In this document: positions 26,151 to 39,262 of the stretch, one piece after another | Numbering within the stretch: the stretch's first letter is position 1 | Layout of the letters: each line of letters starts with the position of its first letter | Notes under the pieces: generated by a model | Told to the model about the DNA's origin: nothing | Databases searched by the model: none | The model's input: the letters and a program-made list of their open reading frames with translations, nothing else | Translations under genes and position numbers: made by a program | NCBI GenBank assembly: GCA_028534125.1 | Contig: CM052818.1 | Location: 44,704,232-44,768,000, forward strand | DNA: 63,769 bases | Direction: 5' to 3' | Source: Lama glama | Taxonomy: Eukaryota

Positions 26151-27764
26151 ATGGTATATATATTATAAATATCCATTATAGTGGCCATGCTAAAAGTAAC
26201 AATTATTATCATGACTAAGCCTTCAATCTATAAATAAATAAATAAAATGCTTAAAAGAGATTGAAACAAAATGTCTACAGTGGTTGCCTCTGAGTAAAAG
26301 AATTCAAGATTTTTTTAAATCCTTCTTTAATCTTTTCTATAATTTGCTAATTTTAAATTGACATAAATTGTCATCATCATGAGGAGAAAATTACAACACC
26401 TTTGAACTGTGCTTTCCCATTGCTGTCTACACAAGGTTTTGATGTAAAAATAACACTGAGACGCCCAAGAAGGAGAGAGCTCACCCCAGTGTCCACGCTG
26501 ATGGGTGTTTATGGTGTGAGCCTTCCTTTTGAATTTACATCTGCAAGTCTAACCTCAGTGCCAGGGTATCTCCTTGCCATAAACCCCTCTCTTCTGATCC
26601 TTATCAAGCGCCGTCCTCCCCTGGCCAAGTCCCTTCCACCTTACACATGACAAGCATGGACAGAGTCACCATGCCAGCAGCCAACACAAGCATTTGAGAC
26701 TGTGGCGTGCTGGCTTTATTTTCCTGGTCACCACAAAGGCTAGAAGTGATGACCTTCAAGGAGCAAAAAGTCTCTCCCGGTTCAACAAAGTGTCCTGGAG
26801 ACCATGATACCCACCATCAACGCATAAACAGGTCTTGGCTTCTGCAAAAAGTTCCCCTGCGAGTTTTTCAGATCACTTTAGACCTGCTTTACTTGTACAA
26901 ACGGTGGGGGGCTGGTACTGCCTCGGCTGCCGGACGCTGACTGCTCAGACCTCCAGTGCTTTGTGCATGATGTGTATTGTCTCTGCCTGGGAAGCCCTTA
27001 CCCCTCATTCATGACATGAACTCCTACTCATCCTTCAAAACCTAGTCGAAGCATCTCTTCTGTTGTGTGATGGACCTGACCCCTCTAAAGAGACCTAAGC
27101 ACTTCTGTTTTTCTTTAGGTTTAATGAACCTCCAGAAGCCGGACTAGAGGACGGACTTATGGCTGATGCAGGTGAAGGACCTACAGGAAGCTGGTTGGCC
27201 CTACAGAAACCTAGACTCGGGCCTCTGGCATGTGTTAGGTAGAAACAGGGGACTTCTTTGAAATAATAGATACAGAGTACTTGGCCCCTTCACCACCCAC
27301 CCCAGGGCCCACGTGGAGCTCCAGGACTCAGGCGTGTGCCCCTGGCAAAACACATCAATTAAATGGAATCAACCAAGGAGAGCTAGGACCACTCACATAG
27401 ACACAGCCTGGCATTTAGAGGCCTCCAGAACGCCAGCTCATGCTGTCCTGAGCACCCAAATAGCAACACCTGATAGTCCACAAGCTCAACCGACAGACAC
27501 AAAGTCGACTTCCTCTTTCTTAAACACACATATCCAGTGGTCACCTGGCATCTGAAGAAGGACTGAAGCATGAAAAGAACATCCAGGAGAAAAGATACTA
27601 CAGCAACCAAAGGGAAAAGCAGGGATACATGAAGAATTAAAAAAAAAATAAAAACTCTAATTATTATCCTCTAAGAGATTAGAGGGTCACACTTTCATTC
27701 AGCCTGAGAGACTCAAAAATCACAGAGGTGAGCCAGTCCCTCCTTCTGATTTAGACTGAGGGAC

Positions 27765-28125
27765 AGTCTTAGTCCACTCAGGCTGCTGTAACAAAAACAC
27801 CATAGACGGGTGGCTCAAACAACCCAGATTTGTTTCCCACAGTTCTGGAGGCTAGGAATCCAAGACCAGGGCGCCAGCCGATCTGATCTGATGAGAGCCT
27901 GTTTCTTGGCTCATAGACGGGCCATCTTCTCATCGTGTCCTCGAGTGGCAGAAGGGGCTAGGGAGCTCTCTGGGGGCTCTTTTAAAAGAGCTCTAATCCC
28001 ATCCTGAAGGCTCCACCTTCATGACCTGGTCACCTCCCAAAGGTCCCACCTCCTAATACCATCACATCAGAGGTGAGGTTTCAACATATGAATTTGGGGA
28101 GGACACAAACATTCAGTCCCTGGCA
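27765..28125 (-). mobile_element. MaLR (MLT1A-like) solo LTR
   Basis: gtcttagtccactcaggctgctgtaacaaaa...gacacaaacattcagtccctggca with a perfect 5-bp TSD gggac (27760-27764 / 28126-28130). Confidence 0.88.
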
Positions 28126-28221
28126 GGGACCCTGAGCTAACCAGAGAGCTGAGTGGAAAGGCTATGGTATGGAATTTCGAAATGTAAGAGTTTGTGTATT
28201 CTGTTATGTTGTCCCCATATA

Positions 28222-28826
28222 CAGTCAGTTCTGCTGACATTTGTTTTTAAATCACAGATTTGTACCAACAGACTGATATATCACAGAACAACTTGAACAC
28301 TTTGTGAATTTTGTGTGTCCTTAAGGCGTGCTTTCCTCTGCAAGGAACACTAAGGTGAACGCAGAAAACACGGTGCCCGGCTGACTGAGCTCCTTAGCAA
28401 TACGCAGAACACACACACTGCACACATCCACCGGCCACCTCCAATCACTGCATGTGTCACGAGCCACGCCCACCCACATCTGGTGTGAGAACTTTCTGCA
28501 CCTCCCTCCTTTCTCTGCTTCACAGTAACTCACAAGCCACAATGCCAACAATGCCCACTTCCACGTGCAAAACTTCATTTCATTTATCTTGTACTTCTAG
28601 GTAAAGTTCCATATTGATTGCAGCATTTATGTATTCTCATGTGCAAAACTGCATTTCTCTTTTTTAATCAGGCATTTGTCTTTTTTTCTTTCACTGTGTC
28701 ATTGATGAAGTTTTTGAGCGCGGTGCCTCTGACCCCATTTCCCCACAAGCCCTGTGGTTTTTATTGTGCAATTCTGCATGATGCAGTGATATTTAGGAAG
28801 ACATCTTGTTATATCAGAACTGAGCA
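28222..28826. mobile_element. Tigger-type non-autonomous DNA transposon
   Basis: TA|cagtcagttctgct...atatcagaactgagca|TA with imperfect TIRs. The internal sequence resembles the Tigger13-like family (from recall). Confidence 0.72.
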
Positions 28827-29214
28827 TATGATTGTATTTCTGCACGTAAACTATACTTTCAGGAGTTCCTCTGATCCTTGGGGTGCGGGGAGGAACCAAA
28901 GAGTATGGCGTGCTGATTCTGGTTTGGAAAATTTGGTCACCATCACTGAACTGCATACCAGTCACTCCAAGCGCATTCTTCCTGGCTACCCCAAAACTTT
29001 CATCTCCAGTTTGGCCTTCTCCCTGCAGTGACTGAGCTGGAAACCCCCTCCTGGGATAGGGCCGGTTGTTGGTTTTGTCACTATAAAAGAAATCTGTAGA
29101 TGATCTGGGTTTTTTCCCCTCCATCAAATACAAAATAAAATCCAAGCATAAGTGATGAAATCTCCATTTGAGGTTTTTGTTTACGGGCAAGCAGCCAAGT
29201 CTCAGGGAAGCCAG

Positions 29215-29410
29215 GGAGCTGAGGTCTGGGTTTCCACCCCGGCCCCTTGCCTGCTGGTTGCTGTGTGACCTTGAACAGCTCCGGAACGCTCTCTGAGCTG
29301 GTTTCCTCCCCCATAAACGGAGACAACAAGGCTGACTTCAAAGGGGTTTTGTGAGGTTTTAAATAAGATAGTGTAGTGAAGTCAGCACAGTGGCTGACAC
29401 TTAAGTGTCT
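29215..29410 (+). mobile_element. MIR SINE
   Basis: gctgtgtgaccttgaacagctccggaacgctctctgagctggtttcctccccc...gttttgtgaggtttaaataagata. Confidence 0.7.
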
Positions 29411-30197
29411 TTCCATTCTTCTTTCTTCTCATTCCTTTTTTTTTTTTTTCTGAGGACTAGTCAGGCTGATCTCTTTGCTGGTCACAAACCTACTCCCTCA
29501 CCCATGTCTTACGTTATTTGCCTACATTGAAATCCCCTCCCCTCACTGACTGCTACTCCAATTTGGAGCTTAAAACTTGTAAACATGAATAACTGGGAGG
29601 CATAAAACCTCTTAAGTTTTGGGACCGACTCTTTTGGTTCCTACGGCTGGGTTCTCCCCTCTGCCTCTCCCTTCCACGAGCTTGGAGTTATTCATTCACT
29701 CACCCAATGTTTTCTAGGTGCCTAATGTTCATACACTGGGTACTTGAACGACGACTCCCCAGAGCCTCAGTTTTCTCAGCAAAATCATATAAGAATACCG
29801 AGAGCAGAAGGTTGCTGGAAGGCTGAAATGACACCAGGACCGGCCATAAAGCACCTTTTACACCACCTGGCACGTAGTCAGTGCTCAGAGAGGGTGGCTT
29901 TTGTCGGAATCATCGTGATGAAAATGATGAAGCCACAGCCCCGCTCCAAGAGAGCTTAAACCCTGGTAAAAGGGAAACCTCTCCCTGCTGCCCTCATGCA
30001 GATGAGCAGATCCTACACTGGGAAGATCTGCAAACGCCTCTCCTCCCACAGACCCAAACACTCTGGAGCAAATGTTCCCCTGGCCACGAAACAATGCGTC
30101 TGATTATAAGTGCATCCGACTGAAAAGGCAGCAGGCTGGCTTAGGTATGATTCATCATTGTCTGCTGCAGTAATTAGAAGTATTTTGGTTGGTTCTA

Positions 30198-30210
30198 GGT
30201 CAGAATGACC
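30198..30210. promoter_or_regulatory. Perfect estrogen response element (proximal)
   Basis: aGGTCAgaaTGACCc, a full consensus ERE palindrome. GATA motif (ttatca, 30324-30329) and AP-1 motif (tgactca, 30622-30628) lie nearby. Confidence 0.9.
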
Positions 30211-33200
30211 CAGTTACTGCACTTTTTTTTTTCCGCTGCTAAAGTTTGTGTTGAGCCTTAAAACAAAAACTAAAGGCTTAGGGAAAGATAGCTCCTTTGT
30301 GACTTTTGCTCGGAGTCAGGACGTTATCAGCTCTGCCCTTCAGAAGCAAGCCTCCATCACAGCAGCCATTAACGCTCCATCTTTCACTTTACTAGACACA
30401 AGCATAATTTTCTCAGAGGCTTCAGACAGGGGCTGCTAAAAAACCTCCCCTGCCCTTCTGGTTCCCAAGCTCCTAGCACAAAATAACAACCATGAGAGTA
30501 CTTACTGATAAAGTGCTCCTGTAAGCAGCAAGAAAAAAAGAGACTTCATGCCCCAGATATCAGATGGTTTCTAACCTCTCCAGCAATAAATGAACATTTC
30601 CCACTTTATTCTGGCTAATGTTGACTCATTAGCAAGATAGTTTCTACATGTTTAATATGACATATTTAAATGACAAAAAGCATGAAATAATGATAGAAAG
30701 CAGAGAAGTACACATAAGGCTAGAAAGTTACATTACATCCTTAGCACCTGCTACAGTTGTAATGTTGGTTTTTTTTTCCCCCAATGCATAGAAAAAAGAC
30801 TGGAAGGAAATACACTAAAATGTTAGCCTTGGATGTTTGGGGAAATGAAACTATGGAGAAATGTTTTTCTTCTTCTTCCTAATTTTCTGTATTTTCTAAA
30901 TTTTTTACAAATGGTCACATGTGATTTGTGTAAACAACTAGGGGTGGCGGGTGGCGTGGATTACACTCATGAAATTCCATCAAGCTTGAGTTCATTTCGA
31001 GATAATATGATATGGAAAAGATGACAGGATCTGTGTGCTGGAGTCAGCCTGACCTGACTGCCACTCCCCAGGGGGCCAGTCATCTGACCTCCACCAATGA
31101 GTGGTCCTGGCTACATCAACTCTTCAGCAGCCCATAGCCCCAGCTCAACAGCTACTTGTGTATTTCAGCTGACATGACAACACTCACAGGGTAAACTACC
31201 CCTTCAGTTTATCTCACCAAACTAAAAAACCAAAAAACAAACAAAACTTCTACAGATATTACTATTTCACTTTTACTTTATAGTTTCAGTCCCTGCCCTA
31301 CAATGTATTCTGGTTTCTCTATTTACTGTTATGGGATCTATTTTCACTGGTGAAGGTAAGAGAACTCTTCCATCTTCACAGATTTAATACAGATTTGGCC
31401 ATTTCATTATTTTCAATACTTTTAGAATTTCTTCCCATTATTTTCAAATGAGGAAGATCCTCTGAATCCTGGCAAGTGGAAACTTTCAAAGTCATTGTGC
31501 AAAACAAATATATAAACTGGGAGGAAATAAAAATAATTAGAGCCTTCTGGTTAATTTTGAAGGTAATAACCATAGTGCAATACAATTCTGTACTCTGGCG
31601 ACCAAAGTCACATTTTAATCATGTTCAGAATTGTCCAAGCCAGTTGAAAAAAATTGCCAAGGTCTAATTCTTCATCCAATCTAATTACTGAATGAGTAGC
31701 TTCTGATCTAAAAAAGGCTACCTGATCATTCTTTTAGAATAAATATCTACAGGTAGCAAAGAAAAAAGTGAAATTCGGCAAACTTGTATCATTTTATGTA
31801 AGTATTGGTACTAAGGATTTCTCCCAGGAAATACAGACTTAGTGCCTTTTAATGCTTACAGACAGAGCATTTCTTGCCAAAGGGCTTTATTAAATATTCT
31901 ATGCTTATAGGTTTTACAGTTGGAGGGGACTTAAAAACCATCACCTGGTCCAACCCTCTGGCTTATAATAAGAAACTTATATGACTTTAAAAACAAGGAA
32001 TAGATACTTACTCAAATAATTCTGTTAACTTTCATCTAAAGTGTTTGTACCTTATAAATTCTTGCCTTTGATGGATGAATTTGAAAGAGATTTCTGCCAC
32101 TCATGAACTTTGATGTAAAGGTGAACTGGGAGTAGATGTTAGTGATGTCTCCCCAACCCTGAAGAGTCTTCATTCTTCTTGCTACTAGAATAGGGACCCC
32201 TGGATTTTTGTGACCTAATTCTCAGATGCAGCTGCAAGCTCATGAATTCAAAGTCCTTTTCCTGTGTGGACAGCCAGGGACAGGAGTGTCCAACCCAATC
32301 TCTGCCACACTGTTTCCCTAAGCAAGATTCTTATTTGACGGGGGGTTGGTTTTATAGCCTTAGAAAGACTGATTCTGAGATTCTGTGGGCTTGCTCTACC
32401 CAACAGCTATGTTAGTGTCAATGCAGAAAGGAGATAAGCCTTCAAAAAAAAGTTAAAGGAAAGGGAAATCAAGGGATTTGGGGAATCCTTATCAGCAAAA
32501 CAATCAAGGTGGCAGACTTTGTTCCACTACTGATAGAACTGGGGCTAGGTGACAGATCCTGCCTTTGTCTCTCACAACATTCATCACACCAGCAACTTCC
32601 ACTGCAGGGTCTGTCTTCCCACAAGACAATGAACTCTAGGAGGGCAAAGACCACATCTGTTTTGTTGAGCCCAGCCCGTGCCTGGCTGTCTCCCTAATGG
32701 AATGAATGCCTGCTTGTAGTCTTGCTGTTTAGAGATATTGCAGCAGAAAAGACAGTGCAGGAGACATGCCGTCCATCCAATCCACCAGGTACCCAAGTTT
32801 ATTCCTGGATCAAGTTTCACCACAAGACATTTTCAACCCCATTAACTTGGTCCCTCATGGAGCCACGTTCCCAGAGCTGCACTGTAATGTTGTAAGTTTG
32901 GCTATTTTTCAACACCATCATGGAAAACGGCCATATGGAACTGGCTTTGGCATTGGCTAACACATGAAGTCCACTGTGTCACAGTATCATTTATATGAGG
33001 TCCTACAATAGAGATTAATTTAAGAATTTAATATGTGGGGGTAGGGGGCAATGGAGGGAGTCCTTTCCCCTGAAGGACTGGCATGTCTCTTCTCATAATA
33101 TGCCTTCCAGCTCTTATTGCTTCCCCCTTTTGTGCTGATCACCAGATAAACAGTGATAAATACCTATCAAAAAATAAGCAGTGACTAATTTTAGGGAAAA

Positions 33201-33510
33201 CAAAGCTATGCAGGAAAAAGAAAAAACTAATGGTACACACCTGGTTCAGCTGGCAAACTGTTGACATGGCCATGTTCATGCAAACATTGGGCTGAGCTGT
33301 CAAACACTATAAATAGCTATACTGGGAGGACAGAGGGCAGGACTGTGTGGGGAAAATGGGGCTTATGTGAGGAGGACAAAGGCCTTATCTTCCACATCGG
33401 GAGGTTAATAAATATTATCTGAAATTAAAAAAATCAAGAAGCAGCAAAGTATGTTCTTTAAAAATGTCAAGAGAATTACTAAGAGTATCAGTTAAAAGGA
33501 TTGAAAAGGT

Positions 33511-34105
33511 CATCGTTAAAAAGTCTACAAACATAAATGCTGGAGAGTGTGTGGAGAAAAAGGAACCCTCCTACACTGTTGATGGGAATGTAAATTGGTG
33601 CAGCCACCGTGGAGGACAGTATGGAGGTTCCTTAAAAAACTAAAAACAGACCTACCGTATAATCCAGCAATCCCATTCCTGGGCATATATCCAGAGAAAA
33701 ATATAATTCAAAAAGACACATGCACCCCAGTGTTCATAGCAGTAGCATTTACAATAGCCAAGACATGGAAACAGCCCAGATGTCCATCAACCGATGACTA
33801 GATAAAGCAGCTGTGTATATATATATTTATACAATGGAATACTACTCAGTCATAAAAAAGAATAAAATAATGCCATTTGCAGCGATGTAGGTGGACCCGG
33901 AGATCACCATTCTACGTGAAGTAAGACAGAAAGAGAAAGAAAAATGCCAAATGATATCACTTACAAGTGGAATCTAAAAAAAAAGACACAAATGAACTTA
34001 TCTACAAAACAGAAACAGACTCACAGACATGGAGAACAAACATATGGTTACCAGTGGGTGGGTAAAGGGGGTAGGTAGGGATAAATTGGGAATTCCAAAA
34101 TTGCA
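33511..34105 (+). mobile_element. L1 fragment (end of ORF2 plus 3' UTR)
   Basis: Translates to L1 ORF2 C-terminal-like sequence ([24 protein letters not shown]...[14 protein letters not shown]). It is flanked by older L1M-like sequence. Confidence 0.9.
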
Positions 34106-35913
34106 CCTGTTGGGAGTGATGGAAATGTTAGCTCTCCTGATTGTGGTAGTGGTTTCATTGGTGTAAACATCTATCAAAATTCATCAAATTGTACATTCGG
34201 AATAAGTGTAGTTTACTGTGCAGGAACCATACCACAATAAAGGTGTTAAAAAAAAGGAGATTGAAAGGTGGTGCCTCCCAAGAACATGATAAGAGAGGAA
34301 TGAGCCGGCAGCTGCAGAGAATAAGACGGCCATTGGTATTCGACATGTACTATCTTATTCAATCTTCACTAAATTCTTTCCTTACGAATGAGAAAATCAA
34401 GACTCATAGACATTAACCAAGATTATACAGCTAGTAAGTAAAGCTAAGATTTTAATGCAGGTTTACTGCAATCCAAAACTTATGATCTTTCCACTACATT
34501 ATGTTCCCTGTCTTATTCAAGGAACTTGTGACATAAAGGAAGAAAGCTTAGAGTCATGTGGTCTCATAAAATGCCATATGATGTAAAGGGGAAAAAAAAG
34601 TGGCAAAGATGAGGAAGTGTGAAGGACAACACTGAAGACCATTCAAAAAACTAGAGTTATACTAGTAATTAATCCACAGGAACTCCGGACTTCAGTGGAT
34701 CTTTTTTTCCCTAGAACAAAGTTGGCATTTATAAAAGTGAGTCTTGATAAAATCCTGCCAAGTGTCTGATCCCTCCAGGCAACATTAAGACAAGCCTTTG
34801 GAAGCACCACCCATCACATGAGAGCAGTCACAGTTCTGGAGCCCAGGGCAGGCCACACTCAGAAAGGCATTTAACCCCACGCAGTGGGACGCTTTACAAC
34901 CCAGGATTGGTCAGGAGGACCTCGGAGCACAGCGAAAGAAAGGAAACTGAGAGTCGAGGCAGAAGGGGGAAAAAGCAGCAAGATGGAGTCAGAGGTGGGA
35001 AGAATCCAGAGAGTTGTGACTGGGCGCCCGGCCTCCATCTCATGCCTCATCCAGTGGGGCTGGTCTGGGCCCGGATGACCAGTTCTGACCTAGGAGAGGT
35101 GGCTGTACCCCCAGGTGCCCCCACCTCATCACTAGAGGCAGAATTTCTGTATGAACACAGCCTCCCGTGTCTTTGCCAAACGCCTAATGAAAAAGGCCCA
35201 AGTAAACTACAGAGTATGTCATTCTGGAGGGATACTGCTGGAAGGACACACAAGGGACAAGCAAGAGGATGGGACCAAGAGCCCTTTTAAAAGGTGAAAT
35301 GAAACACATTTCATTTGAGGGGTCATGTCCGTGTGCGCTCAGGGAAGCACCTTGCAGACCAATAATCAGACTTGGCTGCTGGTTACACACATCCGAGCAC
35401 AGCCCGACAGGGACTCACTCTTCCCCTGGAGCCAGGGGCCTGCAGGGAGCTAGTCCAGAGCCAGGGTGGCCTCCTGACAGTGACATCCAAGACCGAAGCT
35501 CCTCCTGCCTCGGAAGTGGCCACTGTAGTCCACAATCCAGACTGGAAGGAGGGAGAAAGAAAAAGCTAAAAGGAGGGTGGCTCCTGTACCAGGAAAACAA
35601 CCGTTTCCCCAGAAGTCCCCACCCAGGAGATTTCTGCTTATAGAATGTTGGCGGGAACGTGGCCTCATGGCCACCTAGGTGCCAGGGGAGCCTGGGGAAC
35701 GGGGTTTTTCCCCAGGCACTTTGCTCGCCTGAACGAAATCAGGGTCCCACTCATCGAGAATCAGGAAGGGGATGGACAGAGCTGCCTGCTGCACAGAGCC
35801 CAGCGCCGGGTCAGCCAGCAACAAGAGGGCGTGTGATGTGTGTGGGAAAGCACAGTATGAAAAGTAACGATAAGACCAAAACAGACCAAGGCCAAATCTG
35901 TCCCAGACAACGG

Positions 35914-35926
35914 GGTCATGCTGACC
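35914..35926. promoter_or_regulatory. Perfect estrogen response element (middle)
   Basis: gGGTCAtgcTGACCt. GATA motif tgataa at 36042-36047. Confidence 0.88.
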
Positions 35927-37304
35927 TCGGGGAGGAGAGGATGTTCAGACAGGACATGATACTGCAAGGCAAATGCAAAAATATCAAAGTGCTAGTTTAC
36001 AATCCAGCAGAGGTGGCTATTTTAAGTATTTATCATCCACCTGATAAGGCTGGCACACGAGCTGCCCCCCCAGAGGCCCTTCTGCTGGGCGTGTGACACA
36101 TCCTTTCCCTGCACCCTCAGGATGGAAATCCACAGGAGAGGAAACGTGAGGGCCAGGGAGACGGGGGTCCTGCCTAAGGACACACACCAGTGAGAGGCAG
36201 TGATGGGACTTGAATGCGAATCAGTCATGCTCCCAAGCCTGTGGCCTCACCACCTTTCCTCTCGACCTGTTTATCTTTGGATACTGGACAGCAGCCGGAG
36301 GAGCCAGGTGAGATTGTGACGCTGTTCTGCTCAACACAGACATCTGGGGACCAAGCCAGACAGAGCTTCAGCTCACCTCTGAGTTCAGGGTGAATGGTTT
36401 CCGAAGGTTTTTGCCTTGGTGAAATAAAGGATACCTGCGAATAAAGGCCAGACTGGATCTGATGATCTGCATTAATCAATCCCCCCGCCTTAACTGCAGC
36501 TCAGAGCAAACCTCATCTGGCCTGACGCCTGACCCTGGACTTCTGACTCTCAATTCAGTGTCTGACGCACAAATGAGCCCCAGAGAGAAAGATCAGAGGC
36601 TTCTTCCTACTGAAAAGAAAGGAAAATATTGTCAGTTACCCGGACCATCCAAACTTCCCTTTAAATGAGCGTGACTTTCTCCTACGCTGAATTTTTTTTT
36701 TTTTGAAGTGTTCATTTCCAACTTTCAATGATTGTGAGGTCGTAAGTTCCCACCTGAATGGATTCTCCCACTCCTGGTGACCTTGGCATTAGACCCCTAT
36801 ATGGAAAGAGGCCCCACCTCCTCCTCAGGTGGCCCACCCCTGACAGCAGAAGATGAAAGAGAGCTATTGCCAGTAATTAAATGTGCACGAACCATTCTGT
36901 TAAGTCCCTGGTTCCTTTTTCTCCTTCGCTCTTGAAGAAAGAGCACTAACTCGCTTTCTCTAGTAAAATGCCCACAGGGTGGGGGTGGAGGTGGACAAAA
37001 AAAAAAAGAAAGAAAACCACTCCTAGGGGAACTCTCTGGGTCTTGTGAAGTTCCCAGCACCTTGTAATCACTCCTCAGTGTTTCGCTACCAGTTGTTAAA
37101 TGTAACAGAAACTAGGACTACATTAGCACATTAAAACCAGAGGATCATCTGCCCCTGCTTGAGTCAGACCAACATATAAAACAGGATGAGTGTGCGGGAA
37201 GGTCCCTTTGAACAAGGACTGTGTAATGGGAGGAAACCAACTTACACCAACTTACAACATACCAAGAACCTTAGTCTTCAATAACTGTGTGGGTAAGGTA
37301 GCTC

Positions 37305-37975
37305 TTTTTTTTAATTTTTTTTAACATTTTTCATTGAGTTATAATCATTTTACAATGTTGTGTCAAATTCCAGCGAAGAGCACAATTTTTCAGTTATACA
37401 TGAACATATATACATTCATTGTCACATTTTTTTCTCTGTGAGCTACTATAAGATCTTGTATATACTTCCCTGTGCTATACAGTATAATCTTGTTTATCTA
37501 TTCTACATTTTGAAATACCAATCTGTCCCTTCCCACACCCCGCCCCCTTGGCAACCACAAGTTTGTATTCTATGTCTATGAGTCTGTTTCTGATTTGTAT
37601 TTATGGTTGTTTTTTTTTTTAGAGTCCACACATGAGCGATCTCATATGGTATTTTTCTTTCTCTTTCTGGCTTACTTCACTTAGAATGACATTCTCCAGG
37701 AGCATCCATGTTGCTGCAAATGACGTTATGTTGTCGGTTTTTATGGCTGAATAGTATTCCATTGTATAAATATACCACATTTTCTTTATCCAGTCATCTG
37801 TTGATGGACACTTAGGCTGTTTCCATATCTTGGCTATTGTAAATAGTGCTGCTATAAACATTGGGGTGCAGGTGTCATTTTGAAGTAGGATTCCTTCTGG
37901 ATATATGCCCAGGAGCGGGATTCCTGGGTCATATGGTAAGTCTATTCCTAGTCTTTTGAGGAATCTCCATATTGT
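37305..37975 (-). mobile_element. L1 fragment, antisense
   Basis: Poly(T) start. ORF 37619-37861 gives [41 protein letters not shown], the L1 ORF2 C-terminus. Confidence 0.92.
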
Positions 37976-38440
37976 TTTTTTTTTTTTCCATCATTGTCAA
38001 CTTTTTTTTTTTTAACAGAGAAACTGAGCATGGCCACAACAGGACCACACAGGAAATGAGAGTAGAACCAATGGTTTGACTCCATACATCTGCTCCACCA
38101 TCAGCTTTAAAAAGAAATAAAATACACAAAACAGGAATGTCAAGGAAAGTTCATTTAAAGTATCCTATTTTCCAAATGCCTGAAAGTTTCCAGTAAAATG
38201 CTATGGTCAGTATTTTGTAAGAGTTTTCAGGGGGAGCCATGGCCTTTTGGGGACTTCCAAAAGGAGAAGCAAGTAGGAAAATGTTTGTAAACAGAACAAG
38301 GAAGGGTTGGAAAAGCCACTCATCCACTGAAGCACGTCAGTCATGACCTATGCCAGAAAAAAATCATTCATGCATATATTTTTGTTAATCAGATAATTTC
38401 TTGGAGAAAGAGCAGACTTTTTAAAATGGATGAGTGAACA

Positions 38441-39262
38441 ATTATCAGAGAAATGCAAATCAAAGCTACAGTGAGGTTTATCACCTCACACCAGTCAGAA
38501 TGGCCATCGCTAAAAAGTCCACAAATGATAAATGCTGGAAAAGATGTAAAGAAAAGGGAACCCTCCTACACTGTTGGTGGGAATGTAGTTTGGTGCAGCT
38601 GTCACGGAAAACAGTATGGAGATTCCTCAAAAAACTAAAAATAGAGTTACCATATGATCCAGGAATCCCACTCCTAGTAACATACCTGGAGGGAACTCTA
38701 ATGTGAAAAAACACCTGCACCCCAATGTTCACAGCAGCACTATTTACAATAGCCAAGACATGGAAACAACCTAATTGTCCACTGATGGATGATTGGATAA
38801 AGAAGTTGCTATAAAAAAGAATAAAACGATGCCATTTGCAGCAACATAGATAGACCTGGAGATTGTCATTCTGAGTGAATTAAGCCAGAAAGAGAAAGAA
38901 AAAATACCATGTATCACTCATATGCAGAATCTAAAAAAAGACACAGATGAACTTATTTACAAAACAGAAACGGACTCACAGACATGGGAAACAAACTTAT
39001 GGTTACCAGGGGGTAAAGTGGGGTGGGAAGGGATAAACTGGGAGTTCGAGATAAGCAGATATTAACTACTATATATAAAATAGATAAATAACAAGTTTAT
39101 ACCGTATAGCACAGGGAACTATATTCAGTATCTTGTAGTCATGTATCATGAAAAAGAATATGAAAATGAATACAGGTATGTAAACGTATGACTGAAACAT
39201 TATGCTTTACACCAGAAATTGACACATTGCAAACTGATTATACTTCAATAAAAAATCAAATA
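38441..39262 (+). mobile_element. 5'-truncated L1 insertion
   Basis: ORF2 C-terminal remnants ([10 protein letters not shown]..., [15 protein letters not shown]), 3' UTR and A tail. 18-bp TSD at 38423-38440 / 39263-39280. Confidence 0.92.

Noticed and set aside
33595..38756. ORFs with L1 ORF2-like peptides
   Set aside because: Short, disrupted remnants of retrotransposon 3' ends, not functional genes.
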